Assembly (NCBI GenBank): GCA_964057225.1 | Contig: OZ059895.1 | Span: 12,276,001-12,340,000, forward strand | Direction of reading: 5' to 3' | Origin: Auanema rhodensis | Lineage: Eukaryota > Animalia > Nematoda | DNA: 64,000 bases | Shown here: piece after piece, positions 1 to 14,861 of the stretch | Numbering within the stretch: position 1 is the first letter of the stretch | Layout of the letters: the number at the start of each line of letters is the position of its first letter | Notes under the pieces: generated by a model | The model's database searches: none | What the model was told of the DNA's origin: nothing | Seen by the model: the letters and a program-made list of their open reading frames with translations, nothing else | Translations under genes and position numbers: made by a program

Positions 1-14
1 TATCAGATATTTTC

Positions 15-133
15 GCTTACGACCATACCACGTTGAAAGTACGCCATCCCGTCCGATCTGGCAAGTCAAGCAACGTTGGGCCCGGTTAGTACTTGGATCG
101 GAGACGGCTTGGGAATCCCGGGTGCCGTAAGCT
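15..133 (+). rRNA. 5S rRNA
   Basis: 119-nt GCTTACGACCATACCACG...GTGCCGTAAGCT, close to nematode 5S, followed by a TTTT Pol III terminator. Confidence 0.97.
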
Positions 134-543
134 TTTCAAATTTTTTTAACGATCATGCCACGTTGAAAGTACGCCATGCAGCTGATTTTCAATTTTATCT
201 CTTCCGTAACAAATGTTTTCAATTCTCCAGCAGTTTTACTTAGATAGCTAAACCCAAGGCATCAAAATATCTTCAATCTTATTTCTATATTACATTTATA
301 AACCAGTAGTTCATGAACCTTCATCTTAACTTTATTGTTTCTATCTATTTCCTATTGAAACAAACAATGTTTTAACACTATACAACTGTGAAACCTTTTT
401 TAATTTATTGTATTTGGAGCTCATAAGATTCAATATCATCGAGGGATTTAGATGTAGTGTGGAAAATTACATAACTAACATGAAATTGGAAAATAAGCAA
501 TAACGAGGATAAATATGTAAATCATTGAATAACAGATATTTTC

Positions 544-576
544 GCTTACGACCATACCACATTGAAAATACGCCAT
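544..576 (+). pseudogene. 3'-truncated 5S fragment (+1..+33); representative of about 32 gene-less units
   Basis: GCTTACGACCATACCACATTGAAAATACGCCAT runs straight into spacer and lacks box A, IE and box C. Confidence 0.9.
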
Positions 577-942
577 GCACCTGATTTTCAATTTTATCTC
601 TTCCGTAACAAATGTTTTCAATTTTCCAGCAGTTTTACTTAGATAGCTCAACCCAAGCCATCAAAATATCTTCAATCTTATTTCTATATTACATTTATAA
701 ACCAGTAGTTCATGAACCTTCATCTTAACTTTATTGTTTCTATCTATTTCCTATTGAAACAAACATTGTTTAAACACTATACAACTGTGAAACCTTTTTT
801 AATTTATTGTATTTGGAGCTCATAAGATTTGATATCATCGAGGGATTTAGATGTAACGTAGAAAATTACATAACTAACATGAAATTGGAAAAAAAACAAT
901 AACGAGGATAAGTATGTAAAACATTGAATATCAGATATTTTC

Positions 943-1061
943 GCTTACGACCATACCACGTTGAAAGTACGCCATCCCGTCCGATCTGGCAAGTCAAGCA
1001 ACGTTGGGCCCGGTTAGTACTTGGATCGGAGACCGCTTGGGAATCCCGGGTGCCGTAAGCT
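943..1061 (+). rRNA. 5S rRNA
   Basis: Full 119-nt copy (GAGACCGC variant). Confidence 0.95.
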
Positions 1062-2269
1062 TTTCAAATTTTTTTAACGATCATGCCACGTTGAAAGTAC
1101 GCCATGCAGCTGATTTTCAATTTCATCTCTTTTGTAACAAATGTTTTCAATTTTCCAGCAGTTTTACTTAGATAGCTAAACCCAAGGCATCAAAATATCT
1201 TCAATCTTATTTCTTTATTACAGTTATAAACCAGTAGTTTATGAACCTTCATCTTAACTTTACTGTTTCTATCTATTTCCTATTGAAACAAACGTTGTTT
1301 AAACACTATACAACTGTGAAACCTTTTTTAATTTATTGTATTTGGAGCTCATAAGATTCAATATCATCGAGGGATTTAGATGTAACGTGGAAAATTACAT
1401 AACTAACATGAAATTGGAAAATAAGCAATAACGAGGATAAATATGTAAATCATTGAATAACAGATATTTTCGCTTACGACCATACCACGTTGAAAATACG
1501 CCATGCAGCTGATTTTCAATTTTATCTCTTCCGTAACAAATGTTTTCAATTCTCCAGCAGTTTTACTTAGATAGCTAAACCCAAGGCATCAAAATATCTT
1601 CAATCTTATTTCTATATTACATTTATAAACCAGTAGTTCATGAACCTTCATCTTAACTTTATTGTTTCTATCTATTTCCTATTGAAACAAACAATGTTTT
1701 AACACTATACAACTGTGAAACCTTTTTTAATTTATTGTATTTGGAGCTCATAAGATTCAATATCATCGAGGGATTTAGATGTAGTGTGGAAAATTACATA
1801 ACTAACATGAAATTGGAAAATAAGCAATAACGAGGATAAATATGTAAATCATTGAATAACAGATATTTTCGCTTACGACCATACCACATTGAAAATACGC
1901 CATGCACCTGATTTTCAATTTTATCTCTTCCGTAACAAATGTTTTCAATTTTCCAGCAGTTTTACTTAGATAGCTCAACCCAAGGCATCAAAATATCTTC
2001 AATCTTATTTCTATATTACATTTATAAACCAGTAGTTCATGAACCTTCATCTTAACTTTATTGTTTCTATCTATTTCCTATTGAAACAAACATTGTTTAA
2101 ACACTATACAACTGTGAAACCTTTTTTAATTTATTGTATTTGGAGCTCATAAGATTTGATATCATCGAGGGATTTAGATGTAACGTAGAAAATTACATAA
2201 CTAACATGAAATTGGGAAAAAAACAATAACGAGGATAAGTATGTAAATCATTGAATATCAGATATTTTC

Positions 2270-2388
2270 GCTTACGACCATACCACGTTGAAAGTACGCC
2301 ATCCCGTCCGATCTGGCAAGTCAAGCAACGTTGGGCCCGGTTAGTACTTGGATCGGAGACGGCTTGGGAATCCCGGGTGCCGTAAGCT
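2270..2388 (+). rRNA. 5S rRNA
   Basis: Full 119-nt copy. Confidence 0.95.
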
Positions 2389-3197
2389 TTTCAAATTTTT
2401 TTAACGATCATGCCACGTTGAAAGTACGCCATGCAGCTGATTTTCAATTTTATCTCTTCCGTAACAAATGTTTTCAATTCTCCAGCAGTTTTACTTAGAT
2501 AGCTAAACCCAAGGCATCAAAATATCTTCAATCTTATTTCTATATTACATTTATAAACCAGTAGTTCATGAACCTTCATCTTAACTTTATTGTTTCTATC
2601 TATTTCCTATTGAAACAAACAATGTTTTAACACTATACAACTGTGAAACCTTTTTTAATTTATTGTATTTGGAGCTCATAAGATTCAATATCATCGAGGG
2701 ATTTAGATGTAGTGTGGAAAATTACATAACTAACATGAAATTGGAAAATAAGCAATAACGAGGATAAATATGTAAATCATTGAATAACAGATATTTTCGC
2801 TTACGACCATACCACATTGAAAATACGCCATGCACCTGATTTTCAATTTTATCTCTTCCGTAACAAATGTTTTCAATTTTCCAGCAGTTTTACTTAGATA
2901 GCTCAACCCAAGCCATCAAAATATCTTCAATCTTATTTCTATATTACATTTATAAACCAGTAGTTCATGAACCTTCATCTTAACTTTATTGTTTCTATCT
3001 ATTTCCTATTGAAACAAACATTGTTTAAACACTATACAACTGTGAAACCTTTTTTAATTTATTGTATTTGGAGCTCATAAGATTTGATATCATCGAGGGA
3101 TTTAGATGTAACGTAGAAAATTACATAACTAACATGAAATTGGAAAAAAAACAATAACGAGGATAAGTATGTAAAACATTGAATATCAGATATTTTC

Positions 3198-3316
3198 GCT
3201 TACGACCATACCACGTTGAAAGTACGCCATCCCGTCCGATCTGGCAAGTCAAGCAACGTTGGGCCCGGTTAGTACTTGGATCGGAGACCGCTTGGGAATC
3301 CCGGGTGCCGTAAGCT
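3198..3316 (+). rRNA. 5S rRNA
   Basis: Full 119-nt copy (GAGACCGC variant). Confidence 0.95.
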
Positions 3317-4524
3317 TTTCAAATTTTTTTAACGATCATGCCACGTTGAAAGTACGCCATGCAGCTGATTTTCAATTTCATCTCTTTTGTAACAAATGTT
3401 TTCAATTTTCCAGCAGTTTTACTTAGATAGCTAAACCCAAGGCATCAAAATATCTTCAATCTTATTTCTTTATTACAGTTATAAACCAGTAGTTTATGAA
3501 CCTTCATCTTAACTTTACTGTTTCTATCTATTTCCTATTGAAACAAACGTTGTTTAAACACTATACAACTGTGAAACCTTTTTTAATTTATTGTATTTGG
3601 AGCTCATAAGATTCAATATCATCGAGGGATTTAGATGTAACGTGGAAAATTACATAACTAACATGAAATTGGAAAATAAGCAATAACGAGGATAAATATG
3701 TAAATCATTGAATAACAGATATTTTCGCTTACGACCATACCACGTTGAAAATACGCCATGCAGCTGATTTTCAATTTTATCTCTTCCGTAACAAATGTTT
3801 TCAATTCTCCAGCAGTTTTACTTAGATAGCTAAACCCAAGGCATCAAAATATCTTCAATCTTATTTCTATATTACATTTATAAACCAGTAGTTCATGAAC
3901 CTTCATCTTAACTTTATTGTTTCTATCTATTTCCTATTGAAACAAACAATGTTTTAACACTATACAACTGTGAAACCTTTTTTAATTTATTGTATTTGGA
4001 GCTCATAAGATTCAATATCATCGAGGGATTTAGATGTAGTGTGGAAAATTACATAACTAACATGAAATTGGAAAATAAGCAATAACGAGGATAAATATGT
4101 AAATCATTGAATAACAGATATTTTCGCTTACGACCATACCACATTGAAAATACGCCATGCACCTGATTTTCAATTTTATCTCTTCCGTAACAAATGTTTT
4201 CAATTTTCCAGCAGTTTTACTTAGATAGCTCAACCCAAGGCATCAAAATATCTTCAATCTTATTTCTATATTACATTTATAAACCAGTAGTTCATGAACC
4301 TTCATCTTAACTTTATTGTTTCTATCTATTTCCTATTGAAACAAACATTGTTTAAACACTATACAACTGTGAAACCTTTTTTAATTTATTGTATTTGGAG
4401 CTCATAAGATTTGATATCATCGAGGGATTTAGATGTAACGTAGAAAATTACATAACTAACATGAAATTGGGAAAAAAACAATAACGAGGATAAGTATGTA
4501 AATCATTGAATATCAGATATTTTC

Positions 4525-4643
4525 GCTTACGACCATACCACGTTGAAAGTACGCCATCCCGTCCGATCTGGCAAGTCAAGCAACGTTGGGCCCGGTTAGT
4601 ACTTGGATCGGAGACGGCTTGGGAATCCCGGGTGCCGTAAGCT
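4525..4643 (+). rRNA. 5S rRNA
   Basis: Full 119-nt copy. Confidence 0.95.
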
Positions 4644-5053
4644 TTTCAAATTTTTTTAACGATCATGCCACGTTGAAAGTACGCCATGCAGCTGATTTTC
4701 AATTTTATCTCTTCCGTAACAAATGTTTTCAATTCTCCAGCAGTTTTTCTTAGATAGCTAAACCCAAGGCATCAAAATATCTTCAATCTTATTTCTATAT
4801 TACATTTATAAACCAGTAGTTCATGAACCTTCATCTTAACTTTATTGTTTCTATCTATTTCCTATTGAAACAAACATTGTTTAAACACTATACAACTGTG
4901 AAACCTTTTTTAATTTATTGTATTTGGAGCTCATAAGATTTGATATCATCGAGGGATTTAGATGTAACGTAGAAAATTACATAACTAACATGAAATTGGG
5001 AAAAAAACAATAACGAGGATAAGTATGTAAATCATTGAATATCAGATATTTTC

Positions 5054-5172
5054 GCTTACGACCATACCACGTTGAAAGTACGCCATCCCGTCCGATCTGG
5101 CAAGTCAAGCAACGTTGGGCCCGGTTAGTACTTGGATCGGAGACGGCTTGGGAATCCCGGGTGCCGTAAGCT
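5054..5172 (+). rRNA. 5S rRNA
   Basis: Full 119-nt copy. Confidence 0.95.
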
Positions 5173-5981
5173 TTTCAAATTTTTTTAACGATCATGCCAC
5201 GTTGAAAGTACGCCATGCAGCTGATTTTCAATTTTATCTCTTCCGTAACAAATGTTTTCAATTCTCCAGCAGTTTTTCTTAGATAGCTAAACCCAAGGCA
5301 TCGAAATATCTTCAATCTTATTTCTATATTACATTTATAAACCAGTAGTTCATGAACCTTCATCTTAACTTTATTGTTTCTATCTATTTCCTATTGAAAC
5401 AAACAATGTTTTAACACTATACAACTGTGAAACCTTTTTTAATTTATTGTATTTGGAGCTCATAAGATTCAATATCATCGAGGGATTTAGATGTAGTGTG
5501 GAAAATTACATAACTAACATGAAATTGGAAAATAAGCAATAACGAGGATAAATATGTAAATCATTGAATAACAGATATTTTCGCTTACGACCATACCACG
5601 TTGAAAATACGCCATGCAGCTGATTTTCAATTTTATCTCTTCCGTAACAAATGTTTTCAATTTTCCAGCAGTTTTACTTAGATAGCTCAACCCAAGGCAT
5701 CAAAATATCTTCAATCTTATTTCTATATTACAGTTATAAACCAGTAGTTTATGAACCTTAATCTTAACTTTACTGTTTCTATCTATTTCCTATTGAATTA
5801 AACATTGTTTCAACACTATACAACTGTGAAACCTTTTTTAATTTATTGTATTTGGAGCTCATAAGATTTGATATCATCGAGTGATTTAGATGTAACGTAG
5901 AAAATTACATAACTAACATGAAATTGGAAAAAAAACAATAACGAGGATAAGTATGTAAAACATTGAATATCAGATATTTTC

Positions 5982-6100
5982 GCTTACGACCATACCACGT
6001 TGAAAGTACGCCATCCCGTCCGATCTGGTAAGTCAAGCAACGTTGGGCCCGGTTAGTACTTGGATCGGAGACGGCTTGGGAATCCCGGGTGCCGTAAGCT
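5982..6100 (+). rRNA. 5S rRNA
   Basis: Full 119-nt copy, one substitution. Confidence 0.93.
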
Positions 6101-6910
6101 TTTCAAATTTTTTTAACGATCATGCCACGTTGAAAGTACGCCATGCAGCTGATTTTCAATTTTATCTCTTCCGTAACAAATGTTTTCAATTCTCCAGCAG
6201 TTTTACTTAGATAGCTAAACCCAAGGCATCAAAATATCTTCAATCTTATTTCTATATTACATTTATAAACCAGTAGTTCATGAACCTTCATCTTAACTTT
6301 ATTGTTTCTATCTATTTCCTATTGAAACAAACAATGTTTTAACACTATACAACTGTGAAACCTTTTTTAATTTATTGTATTTGGAGCTCATAAGATTCAA
6401 TATCATCGAGGGATTTAGATGTAGTGTGGAAAATTACATAACTAACATGAAATTGGAAAATAAGCAATAACGAGGATAAATATGTAAATCATTGAATAAC
6501 AGATATTTTCGCTTACGACCATACCACGTTGAAAATACGCCATGCAGCTGATTTTCAATTTTATCTCTTCCGTAACAAATGTTTTCAATTTTCCAGCAGT
6601 TTTACTTAGATAGCTCAACCCAAGGCATCAAAATATCTTCAATCTTATTTCTATATTACAGTTATAAACCAGTAGTTTATGAACCTTAATCTTAACTTTA
6701 CTGTTTCTATCTATTTCCTATTGAATTAAACATTGTTTTAACACTATACAACTGTGAAACCTTTTTTAATTTATTGTATTTGGAGCTCATAAGATTTGAT
6801 ATCATCGAGTGATTTAGATGTAACGTAGAAAATTACATAACTAACATGAAATTGGAAAAAAAAACAATAACGAGGATAAGTATGTAAATCATTGAATATC
6901 AGATATTTTC

Positions 6911-7029
6911 GCTTACGACCATACCACGTTGAAAGTACGCCATCCCGTCCGATCTGGCAAGTCAAGCAACGTTGGGCCCGGTTAGTACTTGGATCGGAGA
7001 CGGCTTGGGAATCCCGGGTGCCGTAAGCT
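6911..7029 (+). rRNA. 5S rRNA
   Basis: Full 119-nt copy. Confidence 0.95.
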
Positions 7030-7838
7030 TTTCAAATTTTTTTAACGATCATGCCACGTTGAAAGTACGCCATGCAGCTGATTTTCAATTTTATCTCTTC
7101 CGTAAAAAATGTTTTTAATTTTCCAGCAGTTTTACTTAGATAGCTCAACCCAAGGCATCAAAATATCTTCCATCTTATTTCTATATTACAGTTATAAACC
7201 AGTAGTTTATGAACCTTAATCTTAACTTTACTGTTTCTATCTATTTCCTATTGAAACAAACAATGTTTTAACACTATACAACTGTGAAACCTTTTTTAAT
7301 TTATTGTATTTGGAGCTCATAAGATTCAATATCATCGAGGGATTTAGATGTAACGTGGAAAATTACATAACTAACATGAAATTGGAAAATAAGCAATAAC
7401 GAGGATAAATATGTAAATCATTGAATAACAGATATTTTCGCTTACGACCATACCACATTGAAAATACGCCATGCAGCTGATTTTCAATTTTATCTCTTCC
7501 GTAACAAATGTTTTCAATTTTCCAGCAGTTTTACTTAGATAGCTCAACCCAAGGCATCAAAATATCTTCAATCTTATTTCTATATTGCATTTATAAACCA
7601 GTAGTTCATGAACCTTCATCTTAACTTTATTGTTTCTATCTATTTCCTATTGAAACAAACATTGTTTAAACACTATACAACTGTGAAACCTTTTTTAATT
7701 TATTGTATTTGGAGCTCATAAGATTTGATATCATCGAGGGATTTAGATGTAACGTCTAAAATTACATAACTAACATGAAATTGGAAAAAAAACAATAACG
7801 AGGATAAGTATGTAAAACATTGAATATCAGATATTTTC

Positions 7839-7957
7839 GCTTACGACCATACCACGTTGAAAGTACGCCATCCCGTCCGATCTGGCAAGTCAAGCAACGT
7901 TGGGCCCGGTTAGTACTTGGATCGGAGACCGCTTGGGAATCCCGGGTGCCGTAAGCT
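7839..7957 (+). rRNA. 5S rRNA
   Basis: Full 119-nt copy. Confidence 0.95.
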
Positions 7958-10900
7958 TTTCAAATTTTTTTAACGATCATGCCACGTTGAAAGTACGCCA
8001 TGCAGCTGATTTTCAATTTTATCTCTTTCGTAACAAATGTTTTCAATTTTCCAGCAGTTTTACTTAGATAGCTAAACCCAAGGCATCAAAATATCTTCAA
8101 TCTTATTTCTTTATTACAGTTATAAACCAGTAGTTTATGAACCTTCATCTTAACTTTACTGTTTCTATCTATTTCCTATTGAAACAAACGTTGTTTAAAC
8201 ACTATACAACTGTGAAACCTTTTTTAATTTATTGTATTTGGAGCTCATAAGATTCAATATCATCGAGGGATTTAGATGTAACGTGGAAAATTACATAACT
8301 AACATGAAATTGGAAAATAAGCAATAACGAGGATAAATATGTAAATCATTGAATAACAGATATTTTCGCTTACGACCATACCACGTTGAAAATACGCCAT
8401 GCAGCTGATTTTCAATTTTTTCTCTTCCGTAACAAATGTTTTCAATTTTCCAGCAGTTTTACTTAGATAGCTCAACCCAAGGCATCAAAATATCTTCAAT
8501 CTTATTTCTATATTACATTTATAAACCAGTAGTTCATGAACCTTCATCTTAACTTTATTGTTTCTATCTATTTCCTATTGAAACACACATTGTTTAAACA
8601 CTATACAACTGTGAAACCTTTTTTAATTTATTGTATTTGGATCTCATACGATTTGATATCATCGAGGGATTTAGATGTTACGTAGAAAATTACATAACTA
8701 ACATGAAATTGGAAAAAAAACAATAACGAGGATAAGTATGTAAATCATTGAATATCAGATATTTCCGCTTACGACCATACCACGTTGAAAGTACGCCATG
8801 CAGCTGATTTTCAATTTTATCTCTTCCGTAACAAATGTTTTCAATTTTCCAGCAGTTTTACTTAGATAGCTCAACCCAAGGCATCAAAATATCTTCAATC
8901 TTATTTCTATATTACATTTATAAACCAGTAGTTCATGAACCTTCATCTTAACTTTATTGTTTCTATCTATTTCCTATTGAAACAAACATTGTTTAAACAC
9001 TATACAACTGTGAAACCTTTTTTAATTTATTGTATTTGGAGCTCATAAGATTTGATATCATCGAGGGATTTAGATGTAACGTAGAAAATTACATAACTAA
9101 CATGAAATTGGAAAAAAAACAATAACGAGGATAAGTATGTAAATCATTGAATATCAGATATTTTCGCTTACGACCATACCACGTTGAAAGTACGCCATGC
9201 AGCTGATTTTCAATTTTATCTCTTCCGTAACAAATGTTTTCAATTTTCCAGCAGTTTTACTTAGATAGCTCAACCCAAGGCATCAAAATATCTTCAATCT
9301 TATTTCTATATTACAGTTATAAACCAGTAGTTTATGAACCTTAATCTTAACTTTACTGTTTCTATCTATTTCCTATTGAAACAAACATTGTTTTAACACT
9401 ATACAACTGTGAAACCTTTTTTAATTTATTGTATTTGGAGCTCATAAGATTCAATATCATCGAGGGATTTAGATGTAACGTGGAAAATTACATAACTAAC
9501 ATGAAATTGGAAAATAAGCAATAACGAGGATAAATATGTAAATCATTGAATAACAGATATTTTCGCTTACGACCATACCACGTTGAAAATACGCCATGCA
9601 GCTGATTTTCAATTTTTTCTCTTCCGTAACAAATGTTTTCAATTTTCCAGCAGTTTTACTTAGATAGCTCAACCCAAGGCATCAAAATATCTTCAATCTT
9701 ATTTCTATATTACATTTATAAACCAGTAGTTCATGAACCTTCATCTTAACTTTATTGTTTCTATCTATTTCCTATTGAAACACACATTGTTTAAACACTA
9801 TACAACTGTGAAACCTTTTTTAATTTATTGTATTTGGATCTCATACGATTTGATATCATCGAGGGATTTAGATGTTACGTAGAAAATTACATAACTAACA
9901 TGAAATTGGAAAAAAAACAATAACGAGGATAAGTATGTAAATCATTGAATATCAGATATTTCCGCTTACGACCATACCACGTTGAAAGTACGCCATGCAG
10001 CTGATTTTCAATTTTATCTCTTCCGTAACAAATGTTTTCAATTTTCCAGCAGTTTTACTTAGATAGCTCAACCCAAGGCATCAAAATATCTTCAATCTTA
10101 TTTCTATATTACATTTATAAACCAGTAGTTCATGAACCTTCATCTTAACTTTATTGTTTCTATCTATTTCCTATTGAAACAAACATTGTTTAAACACTAT
10201 ACAACTGTGAAACCTTTTTTAATTTATTGTATTTGGAGCTCATAAGATTTGATATCATCGAGGGATTTAGATGTAACGTAGAAAATTACATAACTAACAT
10301 GAAATTGGAAAAAAAACAATAACGAGGATAAGTATGTAAATCATTGAATATCAGATATTTTCGCTTACGACCATACCACGTTGAAAGTACGCCATGCAGC
10401 TGATTTTCAATTTTATCTCTTCCGTAACAAATGTTTTCAATTTTCCAGCAGTTTTACTTAGATAGCTCAACCCAAGGCATCAAAATATCTTCAATCTTAT
10501 TTCTATGTTACATTTATAAACCAGTAGTTCATGAACCTTCATCTTAACTTTATTGTTTCTATCTATTTCCTATTGAAACAAACATTGTTTAAACACTATA
10601 CAACTGTGAAACCTTTTTTAATTTATTGTATTTGGAGCTCATAAGATTCAATATCATCGAGGGATTTAGATGTAACGTGGAAAATTACATAACTAACATG
10701 AAATTGGAAAATAAGCAATAACGAGGATAAATATGTAAATCATTGAATAACAGATATTTTCGCTTACGACCATACCACGTTGAAAATACGCCATGCAGCT
10801 GATTTTCAATTTTATCTCTTCCGTAACAAATGTTTTCAATTTTCCAGCAGTTTTACTTAGATAGCTCAACCCAAGGCATCAAAATATCTTCAATCTTATT

Positions 10901-11160
10901 TCTATATTACAGTTATAAACCAGTAGTTTATGAACCTTAATCTTAACTTTACTGTTTCTATCTATTTCCTATTGAAACAAACATTGTTTTAACACTATAC
11001 AACTGTGAAACCTTTTTTAATTTATTGTATTTGGAGCTCATAAGATTTGATATCATCGAGGGATTTAGATGTAACGTAGAAAATTACATAACTAACATGA
11101 AATTGGAAAAAAAACAATAACGAGGATAAGTATGTAAATCATTGAATATCAGATATTTTC

Positions 11161-11279
11161 GCTTACGACCATACCACGTTGAAAGTACGCCATCCCGTCC
11201 GATCTGGCAAGTCAAGCAACGTTGGGCCCGGTTAGTACTTGGATCGGAGACGGCTTGGGAATCCCGGGTGCCGTAAGCT
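11161..11279 (+). rRNA. 5S rRNA
   Basis: Full 119-nt copy. Confidence 0.95.
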
Positions 11280-12487
11280 TTTCAAATTTTTTTAACGATC
11301 ATGCCACGTTGAAAGTACGCCATGCAGCTGATTTTCAATTTTATCTCTTCCGTAACAAATGTTTTCAATTCTCCAGCAGTTTTACTTAGATAGCTAAACC
11401 CAAGGCATCAAAATATCTTCAATCTTATTTCTATATTACATTTATAAACCAGTAGTTCATGAACCTTCATCTTAACTTTATTGTTTCTATCTATTTCCTA
11501 TTGAAACACACATTGTTTAAACACTATACAACTGTGAAACCTTTTTTAATTTATTGTATTTGGATCTCATACGATTTGATATCATCGAGGGATTTAGATG
11601 TTGCGTAGAAAATTACATAACTAACATGAAATTGGAAAAAAAACAATAACGAGGATAAGTATGTAAATCATTGAATATCAGATATTTCCGCTTACGACCA
11701 TACCACGTTGAAAGTACGCCATGCAGCTGATTTTCAATTTTATCTCTTCCGTAACAAATGTTTTCAATTTTCCAGCAGTTTTACTTAGATAGCTCAACCC
11801 AAGGCATCAAAATATCTTCAATCTTATTTCTATATTACATTTATAAACCAGTAGTTCATGAATCTTCATCTTAACTTTATTGTTTCTATCTATTTCCTAT
11901 TGAAACACACATTGTTTAAACACTATACAACTGTGAAACCTTTTTTAATTTATTGTATTTGGAGCTCATAAGATTCAATATCATCGAGGGATTTAGATGT
12001 AACGTAGAAAATTACATAACTAACATGAAATTGGAAAATAAGCAATAACGAGGATAAATATGTAAATCATTGAATAACAGATATTTTCGCTTACGACCAT
12101 ACCACGTTGAAAATACGCCATGCAGCTGATTTTCAATTTTATCTCTTCCGTAACAAATGTTTTCAATTTTCCAGCAGTTTTACTTAGATAGCTCAACCCA
12201 AGGCATCAAAATATCTTCAATCTTATTTCTATATTACAGTTATAAACCAGTAGTTTATGAACCTTAATCTTAACTTTACTGTTTCTATCTATTTCCTATT
12301 GAAACAAACATTGTTTTAACACTATACAACTGTGAAACCTTTTTTAATTTATTGTATTTGGAGCTCATAAGATTTGATATCATCGAGGGATTTAGATGTA
12401 ACGTAGAAAATTACATAACTAACATGAAATTGGAAAAAAAACAATAACGAGGATAAGTATGTAAATCATTGAATATCAGATATTTTC

Positions 12488-12606
12488 GCTTACGACCATA
12501 CCACGTTGAAAGTACGCCATCCCGTCCGATCTGGCAAGTCAAGCAACGTTGGGCCCGGTTAGTACTTGGATCGGAGACGGCTTGGGAATCCCGGGTGCCG
12601 TAAGCT
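12488..12606 (+). rRNA. 5S rRNA
   Basis: Full 119-nt copy. Confidence 0.95.
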
Positions 12607-13415
12607 TTTCAAATTTTTTTAACGATCATGCCACGTTGAAAATACGCCATGCAGCTGATTTTCAATTTTATCTCTTCCGTAACAAATGTTTTCAATTCTC
12701 CAGCAGTTTTACTTAGATAGCTAAACCCAAGGCATCAAAATATCTTCAATCTTATTTCTATATTACATTTATAAACCAGTAGTTCATGAACCTTCATCTT
12801 AACTTTATTGTTTCTATCTATTTCCTATTGAAACACACATTGTTTAAACACTATACAACTGTGAAACCTTTTTTAATTTATTGTATTTGGATCTCATACG
12901 ATTTGATATCATCGAGGGATTTAGATGTTACGTAGAAAATTACATAACTAACATGAAATTGGAAAAAAAACAATAACGAGGATAAGTATGTAAATCATTG
13001 AATATCAGATATTTCCGCTTACGACCATACCACGTTGAAAGTACGCCATGCAGCTGATTTTCAATTTTATCTCTTCCGTAACAAATGTTTTCAATTTTCC
13101 AGCAGTTTTACTTAGATAGCTCAACCCAAGGCATCAAAATATCTTCAATCTTATTTCTATATTACAGTTATAATCCAGTAGTTTATGAACCTTAATCTTA
13201 ACTTTACTGTTTCTATCTATTTCCTATTGAAACAAACAATGTTTTAACACTATACAACTGTGAAACCTTTTTTAATTTATTGTATTTGGAGCTCATAAGA
13301 TTTGATATCATCGAGGGATTTAGATGTAACGTAGAAAATTACATAACTAACATGAAATTGGAAAAAAAACAATAACGAGGATAAGTATGTAAAACATTGA
13401 ATATCAGATATTTTC

Positions 13416-13534
13416 GCTTACGACCATACCACGTTGAAAGTACGCCATCCCGTCCGATCTGGCAAGTCAAGCAACGTTGGGCCCGGTTAGTACTTGGATC
13501 GGAGACGGCTTGGGAATCCCGGGTGCCGTAAGCT
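13416..13534 (+). rRNA. 5S rRNA
   Basis: Full 119-nt copy. Confidence 0.95.
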
Positions 13535-14742
13535 TTTCAAATTTTTTTAACGATCATGCCACGTTGAAAGTACGCCATGCAGCTGATTTTCAATTTTATC
13601 TCTTCCGTAACAAATGTTTTCAATTCTCCAGCAGTTTTACTTAGATAGCTAAACCCAAGGCATCAAAATATCTTCAATCTTATTTCTATATTACATTTAT
13701 AAACCAGTAGTTCATGAACCTTCATCTTAACTTTATTGTTTCTATCTATTTCCTATTGAAACACACATTGTTTAAACACTATACAACTGTGAAACCTTTT
13801 TTAATTTATTGTATTTGGATCTCATACGATTTGATATCATCGAGGGATTTAGATGTTGCGTAGAAAATTACATAACTAACATGAAATTGGAAAAAAAACA
13901 ATAACGAGGATAAGTATGTAAATCATTGAATATCAGATATTTCCGCTTACGACCATACCACGTTGAAAGTACGCCATGCAGCTGATTTTCAATTTTATCT
14001 CTTCCGTAACAAATGTTTTCAATTTTCCAGCAGTTTTACTTAGATAGCTCAACCCAAGGCATCAAAATATCTTCAATCTTATTTCTATATTACATTTATA
14101 AACCAGTAGTTCATGAATCTTCATCTTAACTTTATTGTTTCTATCTATTTCCTATTGAAACACACATTGTTTAAACACTATACAACTGTGAAACCTTTTT
14201 TAATTTATTGTATTTGGAGCTCATAAGATTCAATATCATCGAGGGATTTAGATGTAACGTAGAAAATTACATAACTAACATGAAATTGGAAAATAAGCAA
14301 TAACGAGGATAAATATGTAAATCATTGAATAACAGATATTTTCGCTTACGACCATACCACGTTGAAAATACGCCATGCAGCTGATTTTCAATTTTATCTC
14401 TTCCGTAACAAATGTTTTCAATTTTCCAGCAGTTTTACTTAGATAGCTCAACCCAAGGCATCAAAATATCTTCAATCTTATTTCTATATTACAGTTATAA
14501 ACCAGTAGTTTATGAACCTTAATCTTAACTTTACTGTTTCTATCTATTTCCTATTGAAACAAACATTGTTTTAACACTATACAACTGTGAAACCTTTTTT
14601 AATTTATTGTATTTGGAGCTCATAAGATTTGATATCATCGAGGGATTTAGATGTAACGTAGAAAATTACATAACTAACATGAAATTGGAAAAAAAACAAT
14701 AACGAGGATAAGTATGTAAATCATTGAATATCAGATATTTTC

Positions 14743-14861
14743 GCTTACGACCATACCACGTTGAAAGTACGCCATCCCGTCCGATCTGGCAAGTCAAGCA
14801 ACGTTGGGCCCGGTTAGTACTTGGATCGGAGACGGCTTGGGAATCCCGGGTGCCGTAAGCT
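14743..14861 (+). rRNA. 5S rRNA
   Basis: Full 119-nt copy. Confidence 0.95.

Noticed and set aside
134-543. SL1 spliced-leader gene in the 5S spacer, as in many nematodes
   Set aside because: No GGTTTAATTACCCAAGTTTGAG or its complement is visible in the unit; a highly divergent SL cannot be excluded by eye
5175-6965. Short ORFs in the array (also 53664, 53934, 61433)
   Set aside because: Chance frames over the 5S antisense strand and spacer, opened by single SNPs or indels
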